A stretch of DNA of 63,650 nt, filler included, from Octopus bimaculoides (taxonomy: Eukaryota): assembly GCF_001194135.2 (NCBI RefSeq). It is 6 parts of 6 records of this genome, joined end to end, with 100 filler letters (N's around TTAATTAATTAA, not from the genome) between each part and the next. Parts side by side here need not be neighbours in the genome. Positions count along the whole stretch, not along the records: positions 22,105 to 48,767 come from NC_068985.1; 5 more parts are not named here. One strand, written 5' to 3'. Positions within the stretch are counted from its first letter, which is position 1. Every line of letters begins with the position of its first letter. Both the position numbers and the translations under genes were made by a program. Of this stretch, positions 28,337-41,792 are shown piece by piece. The notes below the pieces were generated by a model. The model was given only the letters and a program-made list of their open reading frames with translations. It was not told the DNA's origin and did not search any database.

Positions 28337-30290
28337 TGATAAATATATANNNNNNNNNNNNNNNNNNNNNNNNNNNNNNNNNNNNNNNNNNNNNNNNNNN
28401 NNNNNNNNNNNNNNNNNNNNNNNNNNNNNNNNNNNNNNNNNNNNNNNNNNNNNNNNNNNNNNNNNNNNNNNNNNNNNNNNNNNNNNNNNNNNNNNNNNNN
28501 NNNNNNNNNNNNNNNNNNNNNNNNNNNNNNNNNNNNNNNNNNNNNNNNNNNNNNNNNNNNNNNNNNNNNNNNNNNNNNNNNNNNNNNNNNNNNNNNNNNN
28601 NNNNNNNNNNNNNNNNNNNNNNNNNNNNNNNNNNNNNNNNNNNNNNNNNNNNNNNNNNNNNNNNNNNNNNNNNNNNNNNNNNNNNNNNNNNNNNNNNNNN
28701 NNNNNNNNNNNNNNNNNNNNNNNNNNNNNNNNNNNNNNNNNNNNNNNNNNNNNNNNNNNNNNNNNNNNNNNNNNNNNNNNNNNNNNNNNNNNNNNNNNNN
28801 NNNNNNNNNNNNNNNNNNNNNNNNNNNNNNNNNNNNNNNNNNNNNNNNNNNNNNNNNNNNNNNNNNNNNNNNNNNNNNNNNNNNNNNNNNNNNNNNNNNN
28901 NNNNNNNNNNNNNNNNNNNNNNNNNNNNNNNNNNNNNNNNNNNNNNNNNNNNGAAACGCTGTTTGATTTCTTTTTCAGCGTACACTACCAAGTATGATAT
29001 CACCCCTTCCATCCTCATACCAAGTATGACATCACCCCTTCCTTTCTCATTCATAAACACAAGAGTATTATTATAGTAGATTATCTCAGTAACCATGGGA
29101 GCTATAAAAAAAATACAAAGCCCAGTATCACCACTGGATCATTCTACACATCTGTGTAATTTTTTGTGCAATTCCACCCAGCTGTTTGACCATGAATCAC
29201 AAGACAAGAAAATCGCCCATGTCAAATTTATATGTATGTGTGTGTATATATATATATATATATAGTATATAATATATATATATATATAGTATATATATAT
29301 ATATATAATATATATATATATATATAATATATATATAAATATATAATATATATATTTATATATATGTATGTATATATGGATGTATTTAATGTGTACCTAT
29401 ATCTGTACATACATGAATGTGTATACCTACATATATCTGCATAGGTGTGTGTATATATGTGTATATGCATGTGTGCATGTGTATATATATTTATATATAT
29501 ATATATATATATACATACATAATTGTTCTAAATTACTTATTATTTTTTGATAGTATACACACACACACCACACATACGCACACACACACACGTGCACGCA
29601 CACACACACACACATAATGACATGAGAATTAATTTTTGATTCTCTGGGCCTTCTAAATCTCCTCAGTCAATCTATTGATTTATCTATTACTAGAGAAGAA
29701 GCACCATTTTGACATAGAACTAACTTTGTTTTAACTACCTATAAAAATGTCTCACTCTGCATGTCTGAGAGAGTGGTGGAGCATGATATATGATTCTGCT
29801 AGTAATTCAAATTTAACTCTATGTCAGCAAAACTTTTTTAACCATTAACTCTAGATAAGACAGTAATATTAAATTACATAATAGACACGGTATTGTGCAT
29901 CCGGCCTCCTTAATAACATCAGAGCAATGACTGTCTATCAATAGACACATGGTTCTGGAGACAGAAAAATCTCTTACGTTCTATTTCATCTCTCATTTAC
30001 ATGTTCATTTATTTGTTTATCTTATTGATTTGTTCTCTTTGTTTCATCCTACTTCTTGACCAGTTAATTTGAATTTGTGGTTTATTATGTATTTGATTTT
30101 TCTGCATTAACTACGATATGCAAATGAAGTGATATGAACATCTTGGACGCAGTTATATATATTCTTGAAAATACAAGTTCATCCAGCAAATGGATTTTAC
30201 ATATAAGCCTGATGAATTGATACTATAATAATACTGATACAACATATTGTTACACACATTATATGTCAATAATATAGCAATATGCTTTGC

Positions 30291-30321
<31 letters not shown>

Positions 30322-30328
30322 GCAGGCT

Positions 30329-30363
<35 letters not shown>

Positions 30364-30371
30364 TGGCAAGC

Positions 30372-30418
<47 letters not shown>

Positions 30419-30440
30419 TAGATAGATAGATAGATAGATT

Positions 30441-30471
<31 letters not shown>

Positions 30472-30905
30472 TGAGAGATAGGCAGATAGATATACTTATG
30501 TATATACAGATTATTACTATGAATTTATACATGCATGGGTAATTATTAGTTAGGATAAATGGAGCTAATTAATTCACCTTTCAGTGGTTGAAGAGATCCA
30601 CCTACATCAAATCACCCCAACTGATTTCTCAGTAGGTAGGGAGAAGTTAATTATATTAAGTACTTGCTTGATAATATTTTATCACATATGGAAGGAGGAA
30701 AGGCAAAGGTGGCTTCAGTGAGATTTGAACTCAGATGTGTAGAGTGCTATACATAAATACATCAAGGTATTTTGTGTGTCTACCTCACACTTCTGCTAAT
30801 GCACTAACATGTATCTATATCAATATTCATGTACATGCAAACATACACTCACACATACAAACACACACACACACTCTCCCTGTCTCTCTCTCACACACAC
30901 ACACT

Positions 30906-30939
<34 letters not shown>

Positions 30940-31003
30940 CATATATGTGTATTTAATGTATATACATACACATATATTCATATACGCATGTATACACACA
31001 CAC

Positions 31004-31077
<74 letters not shown>

Positions 31078-31199
31078 TTAAGTGTGTATATGAATATGTA
31101 TATATGTGTGTGTGTGTGTGTAATATGGATATATGTCTATGCACATATAATATATATATATATATGTGTATATATATATATATATGCATATACATGTGC

Positions 31200-31246
<47 letters not shown>

Positions 31247-33144
31247 CACACACACACACATACCAGTCTTACACCTACACACATCCTCGCATGCCTATAC
31301 AAACACAACTACTTACTGCTTTTTTACTCCAACAAAAAAAAAAAAGCAGCCTTGCTATCTAATTTTATACAGACCACCCCACATTTCAACACCATCACCA
31401 TATACAAAAATTGATGTGCATGTGAGCAACCTAGTCCCTTATTCCTTATTAAATCTAAGGAGGGGACTTATATATTTTTTGAGATTTTGCTTTTTTTTTT
31501 TCCATTAATTGTTTATATATACACACATATATTTGTTTTTTTTTAAAATTATTTTTTAAATTATAATGTGCACTCGAATATTTAACATTATATATATATA
31601 TATGAGTGTCCATTGTGATCGGGTGGATAGAGAAGGTGTTTGAAAACTGGTAAAATGAGGTAGATGTGGTACTTCATGATTCATAAGTCCTCTCTGTGTA
31701 CCCTCTCTATGCAGTGACAGAGAACTAACAATCTAGAAGTGATAGATGGGTATCATGGAACATTTAAAGTTTAATGCAGCAGACAACAATAGCACTGAAT
31801 AACTAACAAGCATTTTGTTAATTAGTAACATTTGCTATCTGTCCAATTCACAAGATGTGTAGAGCTTTAAGAAAGATAGTGCTTACCTCTTATGTAGTTA
31901 AGCAGATCAGTCTCTGTTCGTTTTAACATTGAATAGACAGTTGTTCAATCAACTGAACTCCCTGCTCATTAGATGTTAGCATACAGGTGGTTGAGTATTC
32001 CATAGATACATGTACCAGGCAAAAGCAGCAAGGCACATGATATGTAACAAAGCTAAACTTTTGGATTATTGGTACAATCCATCCAATAGACTTCCACTGT
32101 TTCTTCATTTTCACTCACAAGATTAGGGCAAATCCTAGGCTATGATAAAAATAAAATAAAGTTTTTGCCCGATATGCCTTGCAGCTAGTTTGAACCAGAG
32201 ACCTTGTGATTGAAAAGTAAATTACTTAACCATGCAGTACCTCTTCATCCACAACTACTTCTTTATCCATGGGACATTACTTTATGTTTATCATGTAAAT
32301 ACTTCTATATCTAATGTAGAATTCTCCAGAGGCTGTAATAAAACAATTCTAGGTTTCTTTTTGTTTNNNNNNNNNNNNNNNNNNNNNNNNNNNNNNNNNN
32401 NNNNNNNNNNNNNNNNNNNNNNNNNNNNNNNNNNNNNNNNNNNNNNNNNNNNNNNNNNNNNNNNNNNNNNNNNNNNNNNNNNNNNNNNNNNNNNNNNNNN
32501 NNNNNNNNNNNNNNNNNNNNNNNNNNNNNNNNNNNNNNNNNNNNNNNNNNNNNNNNNNNNNNNNNNNNNNNNNNNNNNNNNNNNNNNNNNNNNNNNNNNN
32601 NNNNNNNNNNNNNNNNNNNNNNNNNNNNNNNNNNNNNNNNNNNNNNNNNNNNNNNNNNNNNNNNNNNNNNNNNNNNNNNNNNNNNNNNNNNNNNNNNNNN
32701 NNNNNNNNNNNNNNNNNNNNNNNNNNNNNNNNNNNNNNNNNNNNNNNNNNNNNNNNNNNNNNNNNNNNNNNNNNNNNNNNNNNNNNNNNNNNNNNNNNNN
32801 NNNNNNNNNNNNNNNNNNNNNNNNNNNNNNNNNNNNNNNNNNNNNNNNNNNNNNNNNNNNNNNNNNNNNNNNNNNNNNNNNNNNNNNNNNNNNNNNNNNN
32901 NNNNNNNNNNNNNNNNNNNNNNNNNNNNNNNNNNNNNNNNNNNNNNNNNNNNNNNNNNNNNNNNNNNNNNNNNNNNNNNNNNNNNNNNNNNNNNNNNNNN
33001 NNNNNNNNNNNNNNNNNNNNNNNNNNNNNNNNNNNNNNNNNNNNNNNNNNNNNNNNNNNNNNNNNNNNNNNNNNNNNNNNNNNNNNNNNNNNNNNNNNNN
33101 NNNNNNNNNNNNNNNNNNNNNNNNNNNNNNNNNNNNNNNNNNNN

Positions 33145-33187
<43 letters not shown>

Positions 33188-34685
33188 ATATATATATAAA
33201 TTTATACACACACCCACATATCTATACATACATATATACATATATATACAACAGTAATAGAAGCAGATGAACTAATGACGTACATATGTAGTATAGACAG
33301 ATGACAGAAAGATTTAGAGATGTTATACAGGCAAGTGAAATTAAGATTTGCAAATGTTATACAGGTAGATGAACTAATGAGTTATAGATGTAAAATAGTA
33401 CATATGTAATATATTAGTAGATTTAGAGCTATAATACAGATAGGTCAACTAAAGACTTCTAGATGTTAAAAAGATATAATACAAGCTGATCAACCAAAAC
33501 CTTACAGATATAATACAGTACATATCTATAGACAGATGACATAAATACATACATATCTAATATAAGGTAGTTAGATGAACTAAAGATTTCTGTATGCACC
33601 AAAGGTAGGTTTATGGATATAAGACAGGCAGATTTGTAAAAGTGATACAAGTAGATATACATCAGGCATAGTGTAATATAGATAGAGTTATTAATAGAGT
33701 TTTAATTTATTTTAATGATTCATAATTTACTATAGATTTATAATTTATTTTAATGAGCCATAATTCAATTTAAGGAAAGAAGTGTTGGTGAAGAAATCAA
33801 CTCCAGTATGTATGGCTAGTATTTATTTGATCAATCTGGAGGGATTGATAAAATAAGTCAACCATTATAGAATCTGAACTTAGCATACATTTTGTAAATT
33901 GTCAAGCATGTATGAAGCATCTTAATTATAAGAAAGACAAATGTCTTTCTTAGGAATGTATTGAAGAGGTATAATTGATCGCATCAATCCCAGTACAATA
34001 CTGTACTGATTCTGAATGGATGGCTGACAAAGTCAGTACTTGTAGAATTTGAACTCAGAACACAGAGGGGCAAAACTGTAATGATTGTAGTCTTTTGCTT
34101 TACTATTTCAGCCACTTCACTGCTTTTTCCTGACTTTATAATTGTGATAGTGATTGATAATAAAATACAGATTTCTAAGAAAGGCAAAAAAGAGCACATA
34201 TTTAGAGATATAAAAATTATGAGATTGAGTGATATTCATGCCTTTACTGAGTATATTTGCAAAATAAGTGAAGAAAAAATGGCAACATCTTGAAATTGAA
34301 ACCAGGTCTCTGACTTAACAACGTAGCATACTAACAGCTTACATTAACAGCATGAGGACTTGATTTCTTATATAGGCACAAGGCTAGGCAAGGATAGTTT
34401 GGATAATATTCATGTTTTTCATTAAGACTTTCAGTATATTATGTAGTGAATACCTATCATCATCTGTTGCCTTTGTGACAATGTTGTATAGATGTATACT
34501 TATGGTTTTCAATCTGGGAGCAAACACCACCTTGTTATGAGCTCACAAGGGGTTGCTATTGGGGGCACTGTTTAGAAGTCTTATGAACATATTTGAATAG
34601 ATATAATCTTTTGTCTTTTATCTTTTACTTGTTTCTGTCATTAGACTGTGGTCATACTGGGATTGTTCATTCTTTGGTTACTTAC

Positions 34686-34826
34686 TAACCGACCATAATG
34701 GATTCCTACCTCTGAGGGTTGAAGAACTATATGCCTTTGGATTTAGAGTCTGACAAGTCGTCCATGGGGCTAAGTCCTTTATGGATGTGAAACCATTTGT
34801 CACTCTATGACCGGACATATACTTAA
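34686..34826 (-). CDS. Weak candidate symmetric exon, gene unassigned
   Basis: atgcag|...A|gtaagt, 141 nt, phase 1-1, open (KYMSGHRVTNGFTSIKDLAPWTTCQTLNPKAYSSSTLRGRNPLWSV). The pyrimidine tract is poor. Confidence 0.3.
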
Positions 34827-34896
34827 CTGCATATAAGCACATTACTGCACTATGCTTTAGAGCGTGCTTCTTTTTCCTATATATGATACACTGATG

Positions 34897-34947
<51 letters not shown>

Positions 34948-34955
34948 TACGTACG

Positions 34956-35030
<75 letters not shown>

Positions 35031-35845
35031 CCATACACATATATGTATGACAGATTTCTTTCAGTTTTCATTTACCAAATTGACTCACAGGGCTTTGGTT
35101 GACCCAGGGCTATACTAAAAGACATTTGCTCAGGGTGTCACACTGTGGGACTGAACCTGGAACTATGTGGTTGGGAAGCAAACTTCTTACTACAAAGCCA
35201 TGCTTGCAGCTATGATATAATACCTCTGTTTTAAAGCATCTTCAAACAAATCTTTGTTGGGATTACAGTATGAATTGAACAATGAGTAGAAAACATAACT
35301 GATGATACTCCGAGACTCAATATAATTTCATTATATGTCTTTGCCTTCTTTAGTAATTTAAAACATGAGAGATAGGAGTCACTAGTATGTATAGATATCT
35401 AAAATAAAAAGAGACAAATGCTGTATGGGGTATTACTAGAAAATATGGATAATAAACCATTACACAAATTTAAATGATGTTTGATTAATATAATTAGCTG
35501 CATTTTAAACTAAATTATGTTTTCTGTGGCTAATCATGAAAAGGTAGCACTATATTTTCTTTGGCCAGTAGTGAAAGGAGGAGGGCACTGAATTACAAAT
35601 AGTTGAGAGTCACTGATGCATATCAACACCTGATCCCCTTTATTCAATTTCTTTGTAAAAACCCACATATTTTTGTAACTGGTCCCTAATTTATCCCTTT
35701 ACCTATTGTCCATATGGCAGCAATAAAGAAATCATTATTTGGGAAACCTTAAGTGAATTTTGTGTTAAAATTACATTTTTTTTTTTTAACAATGCTTTGC
35801 TTTTCTATAACATTTTAATTATTCTATGGCATTATATATAAGAGT

Positions 35846-36230
35846 GGAGACACAATGGCCCAGTGGTTAGGGCAGTGGACTCGCAGTCATAGGATCGTGG
35901 TTTTGATTCCTAGACAGGGCATTGTGAGTGTTTATTGAGCAAAAGCACCTAAAGCTCCACGAGGCTCCAGCAGGGGATGGTGACGAAACCTGCTGTACTC
36001 TTCCACCACAACTTTCTCTCACTCTTACTTCCTGTTTCTGTTGTGCCTGTAATTCAAAGGGTCAGCCTTGTCACACTGTGTCACGCTGAATATCCCCAAG
36101 AACTATGCTAAGGGTACACGTGTCTGTGGAGTGCTCAGCCACTTGCACATTAATTTCATGAGCAGGCTGTTCTGTTGATCGGATCAACCGGAACCCTTGA
36201 GGTCGTAAGCGACGGAGTGCCAACAACAAC
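35846..36230 (+). mobile_element. tRNA-derived SINE, family B (second copy)
   Basis: Colinear with 13456-13812; ends in (CAA)n. Confidence 0.85.
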
Positions 36231-37657
36231 AAATATATATAAGCTTTGATCTTTTAAAACTATTTAGTGGTTAGATTACTCTGTCAAACATGTTGCTTAT
36301 TTATTCACATTGTTTACAATTAATCATATAGTATCTCAAAGCTTCAGGTATGCTACAAGATGATGCTATGTGTGCTACAGTATAACCTGAAAATAATTTT
36401 TTATCCCTATACTTTTAGTTATACTTTTAGTTCAGGTGTGCTACCTAATTTTGAAAAGAAAATAAATGTACCATAAGTGGAAAAGGGTTGCAGAGCACTG
36501 ATCTAGTCAGTTTGAATGTTAAACAGGTAGAATATTTTGGTTTGGATACGGTCAGTTAAAGAAATTTTTAAATTATTTCAAACAACTAATATATAAGATC
36601 TATCATATAATATGTATCACATATCACTGATTATATAAACATCCATTGCATAATATCTTTAATCACTTAACTTTATTTTTATATGACTTGTTTGTCCTGC
36701 CTTGCAAGTTTTTAAAGCTCCCCAGTTTTCACATTTCAGATTTTGTTTACAGAAACTGAATTGAATGTCATTGCACACACTGGTTAAATAAAAGGAAAAC
36801 ATCATCATCATCATCATCGTCGTCGTCATCGTTATCATCATTGTCGTCGTCATCATTGTTATTGTCATCATCGTCGTCATCATCTTCATCAACAACCAGT
36901 TAAGACATGCTAGTTTAATTAATAATGATGTTACCTTCAAGTTTGGTGACAAGTGTTTTCAAAACATAAAGAATTTTTCCCAGGATTCTTGCAGAATACA
37001 AGGATAAGAAATGGCACTTTTATACAAGGCCTCAATACGTGTCTTTTTGGAATCATCATCATCATCATATTCATCACTGTCGTCATCATCATCATCATCA
37101 TCATCATCACCATCGTCACTATTAGTATTATCATTATTATTATGATTGTTATTATTATTACTATTATAATAGTGGTGAGTTAGCAGAATTATTAGAACAT
37201 TGGTTAAAATGCCTTACAACATTTGTTCTGGCATTTTATGCTCTGAGTTCAAATTTCCCTGAGGCTAACAATGGCTTTCATCCCTCCAAGGTCAATAGAA
37301 TAAAGTATCATTCAAACACTAAAGTTTATTTATACAACTAATCCCCTCCCCTCAAACTGTTGGCCTTATGCGCAAATTAGAAGAAATTATTATTAATTAT
37401 TATCATTGAATGAGAGAGCAGTGCATGCCATCAAAGTGACACTGGGGTAAAATATATGAAGCCCAGTATACCTGTCATGACTACCGCCTGATGAGGGTAC
37501 ACCAGGCACATGCATCACAACCATATGTGTGCAACATGACGATATCACATCAAGGATAGACAGCACATGACCTTGCAGGTGAGGCCCAATTAGAATTTTC
37601 TTCAGGTCGAGTAGCCCATCCTGCTCAAAAGGTCCTATTATTATCATCATTATTATT

Positions 37658-37711
<54 letters not shown>

Positions 37712-37762
37712 GTTTTGTTATAGTCATTCTTATTGCATTTGTTGCTGTTATTATCATCATCA

Positions 37763-37832
<70 letters not shown>

Positions 37833-38509
37833 CATTATTATTATTATTATTTAAGACGTTGCACAGTATTCAATATTGTGATGTTGATTGAAGATATTGT
37901 GTCTACCAGGGATTTGTACTGTCTGTCAAGTCACAATAAGGACCTCAAACAGACAGTACTTTACACAATATGCATGTTGTTCCAAGTAATGCTGATTCTG
38001 GCAATACACCTAGATTGCAGGGTATTCCTATAGTTTCCCAATGCTCCAATGACAATAGGGACTATTATCCTTATCATCATCATTATTATTATTATTTTTT
38101 TAATTATTATTATTATTATAGAAGTGGCAATTTAGCAAAATGTTTACAGCATCAGAAAAAGTGCTTTGCAACATTTGTTCTGGCCCTTTACATTTTAAGT
38201 TTAAATTTTACTCAGGTTAGCTTTGTCTTTCATTCCTCTGGGATTGATAAGATAATGTACCAGCCAAGTACTGGGGTTGATTTACTCAACTGACATGCCC
38301 CCACCCCAAAAATTGCCTTCGTGCCTAAACAAAGTCCATTCTTCTTCTTCTTATTATTATTATTAATATTATGGATTCAAATCCCACTGAAGATTCGACT
38401 TTGCCTTTCATTCTTTGAGGGTTATAGAATAAAGCATCAGTCTAAGACCCAGGGTTGCTAGTATAAACTAATGTCCTTGCTCAATTTGATAACCTTGTGC
38501 CTAAATTAC

Positions 38510-38543
<34 letters not shown>

Positions 38544-38920
38544 TGTTGTTGTTACTATTATTGAAACATTTGTGGGTACCACTTGCTGTTGTTCTTCAGA
38601 CATCAGGGCAGTACAGGTTGACCAGATCTGTAATTAAAGATGTCCCAGGCAGATGAAATGAAAGCATATGATTAAAGGAAAATTTGGCAGCTATTTCTAG
38701 TTGAATGAGCAACTACTTTGCAACTTCCTTGTTGGCTTGTATGGTTGGTTGGTTGGTTGGTTGGTTGAATTCTTATGGACCAGGTTCTAAAAGTCATGTC
38801 CTATGAACAATTTGTGCTATAAGACACTATAATGATAGTGCTAATAAAATTAGTAGTAATAATTATTTTCTGTGGTAAGTAATATCATCTCACCTTTATA
38901 AATAATAGAATATATATACA

Positions 38921-38972
<52 letters not shown>

Positions 38973-39377
38973 NNNNNNNNNNNNNNNNNNNNNNNNNNNN
39001 NNNNNNNNNNNNNNNNNNNNNNNNNNNNNNNNNNNNNNNNNNNNNNNNNNNNNNNNNNNNNNNNNNNNNNNNNNNNNNNNNNNNNNNNNNNNNNNNNNNN
39101 NNNNNNNNNNNNNNNNNNNNNNNNNNNNNNNNNNNNNNNNNNNNNNNNNNNNNNNNNNNNNNNNNNNNNNNNNNNNNNNNNNNNNNNNNNNNNNNNNNNN
39201 NNNNNNNNNNNNNNNNNNNNNNNNNNNNNNNNNNNNNNNNNNNNNNNNNNNNNNNNNNNNNNNNNNNNNNNNNNNNNNNNNNNNNNNNNNNNNNNNNNNN
39301 NNNNNNNNNNNNNNNNNNNNNNNNNNNNNNNNNNNNNNNNNNNNNNNNNNNNNNNNNNNNNNNNNNNNNNNNNNNNN

Positions 39378-39420
<43 letters not shown>

Positions 39421-39729
39421 TAACAAACTAAGGAAAATAATTCCTTCAAAGGGGTGTATGAAACATTCAGTTCACTGGTACGTCAGTTGAATACCATATA
39501 AATATGGGTATAATGAATAATACAAAGATAAAATTAAATAGAGAGATACAATTGACAATCCAATAATTTATCTATCTATATATATAAAACTGAGAACTTG
39601 TGTCTGTCTGTTTGTATGTGTGCATCACTAAAACTCGAGAACTACCCGACAGATTTCATTTAAATTTTACACATACCTTACTTAGGGTCCATGCAGCCAG
39701 GAGCAATATCTTATCCCTTACTCAGTTTC

Positions 39730-39781
<52 letters not shown>

Positions 39782-40121
39782 CGTGTGTATTTGTATTTGT
39801 ACCTCCACCATTGCTTGACAACTGATGTTGTTGTGTTTATATTCCCATAACTTAGCGGTTCGGCAAAAGTCACTGATAGAATAAGTAATAGGTTTACAAA
39901 GAATAAATCCTGTGGTCGATTTTTTCGACCAAAGGTGGTGCTCCAGCATGGTCGCAGTCACATGACTGAAACAAGTAAAACAATAAAAAAAAAAAAAACT
40001 ATGCCATTTTAATCCCAAGCAAAGCCAGATACCTCTGCTAGTACAATATTATAACATAATATACTATGAACAAAATATAGCATAATATAAGATAACATAA
40101 ACAATTATTAAAACATCAAAA

Positions 40122-40196
40122 GGCCAACAATTTGTTTCGACTTATGTACATTTCCTTATATATAAACAATTCCCTTATGTAAGTTTCATCAGACCC
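40122..40196 (-). ncRNA. Hammerhead ribozyme fold, inverted paralog of the 41.6-kb copy
   Basis: Minus strand gggtCTGATGA-AACTTAC...CATAAGTC-GAAA-CAAATTGTT-GGCC. The core is intact, but there is an A10.1-C11.1 mismatch and one stem I mismatch. Confidence 0.65.
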
Positions 40197-40241
40197 AGAG
40201 TTTAAAGACAGACGAAATTGTGTGTGGAAAGACGGCTGGAT

Positions 40242-40518
40242 CAGTGGCTCAGGAACGAAATTTGCTTAGGGGGTGCAAACCCAGGTCCAAATTTTTTTAC
40301 AAATTTGGTCTTGTTTTTTTTTTTTCTGTTTATTTATTTTTGTGATTTGTTCTTTGAGAAGGAACCTAACTTCAAGGTACTTTTTACACATCACTTTTTT
40401 ATTCACGGTTTTGTAAACCTGAGTAAAATAAGTAGGGCTGCAAATTTTGGTTCTGCACTCCGCAAAAATTCTAGTGGGTGCACTTGCACCACCTGTACCC
40501 CCTGTTCCCGGGCCCATG
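40242..40518. mobile_element. hAT-like non-autonomous DNA transposon
   Basis: Perfect 8-bp TSD GGCTGGAT (40234-40241, 40519-40526); imperfect 15-bp TIRs CAGTGGCTCAGGAAC / CATGGGCCCGGGAAC; interrupts the left arm of the foldback element. Confidence 0.8.
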
Positions 40519-40771
40519 GGCTGGATTGTAAAAAAAATAATTTAAATGCCTATGTATTACGAGCGTGAGCGTTAACTATTCAATTACATATTAATAACAA
40601 CTAAAAAACAACAACAAAAATTTTAACGGACAAAATAATTAAGTAAGTGTAATCTACAACTATCAAAATATATTTCCATATTTCTCAAATAATATTAATC
40701 CGAACTTGTTTATGTCTAAGATAATCTTTCGCTATTATAAAATACAACAATAATATATATATGTACATAAT

Positions 40772-41173
40772 TGTAGTGGCGCGAAATTATAGCCGCCATT
40801 GAGGAAGTACTATTCTGCGCATGCGCAGGGGACTTCACCACCGGAAGCCCCTCGAGTTGCGCATGCATAGTAAAACTCGTACTTAAGCAGTTACTTTCAT
40901 TTTCTCAGCGAGTTGAGCAGAGACCTTCTACGTAACAACACCTCGCTCCTCCACAAAGCACTTTTACACTGTTCTCTGGCAGGCATCAAGGAAGACCTTA
41001 ACCTTCCATTACCAATTACAACTTAATCAGCGGCTGCTAAGCTGAATGACAGGAATTGTATAACCAAGTATCATCATAAATAAACCTTTTTATTATGTTG
41101 TTAATTGTTCTAATGTCTCTTCATTAAAAATGCTGTTGAAAGGTGATAGAGAGAGACTAAAGTCTCTATGACA
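40772..41173 (+). mobile_element. Solo-LTR-like CpG-rich segment
   Basis: TGT...ACA ends, CpG-rich 5' part with factor-site-like motifs, and AATAAA plus a T/G-rich tract near the 3' end. The putative TSD is poor (ataat/actat). Confidence 0.4.
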
Positions 41174-41577
41174 ACTATTCTAACTGTTTACATAATTAAG
41201 TATCAGGGTCTTGCTTTATCTAGAACTGTAAGAAAACGTATTAAAAAAATATAAATGATAGTTATATCTTTAATATATAACTCTTCTATTTATTTTATAG
41301 TTATTGATGTAAAAAATATATTGTTTAAAGTAACTAATAGGAATGTTCTATAACTATTGTTTATCGGAGGGATAATTCCGTAATAAATATGAATAGAAAC
41401 CTAATAAAAAAACATTTTCTTTGTATACTTAATTTATCGTAGGGTGAATTCCATAATAAATATGAAGATAAACTTATGGCTGTAAACACTATAACTTAAA
41501 TACCCTATAGGCATTTGAATTAATTTTTTGCAATCCAGCCGTCTTTTCACATGGAATTTCGTCTATCTTTAAACTCT

Positions 41578-41655
41578 GGCTCTGATGAGACTTATATATA
41601 AGGGAGTTGTTTATATCTAACAAAATGTAATATAAGTCGAAACAAAATGTTGGCT
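41578..41655 (+). ncRNA. Type I hammerhead ribozyme fold
   Basis: CTGATGA 41582-41588; 9-bp stem II GACTTATAT/ATATAAGTC; GAAA 41639-41642; stem III ACA-AAA-TGT; predicted GUU cleavage after 41651; short stem I GGCT/GGCT with two G-U pairs. Confidence 0.75.
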
Positions 41656-41754
41656 TTTTGATGTTTTAATAATTGTTTATGTTATATTATATTCATCGTA
41701 TATTATGATATAATGTAATATAATATGTGATTGGATTGTCAATTGTATCTCTGT

Positions 41755-41792
<38 letters not shown>

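Larger units (their letters stand above)
40048..41715. mobile_element. Foldback/Penelope-like element with ~210-bp inverted arms, each carrying a hammerhead
   Basis: 40048-40241 plus 40527-40553 is the reverse complement of 41507-41715 (shared aacaattattaaaacatcaaaa...cagagtttaaaga..gacgaaatt...gacggctggat...aaatgcctat). Confidence 0.7.
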
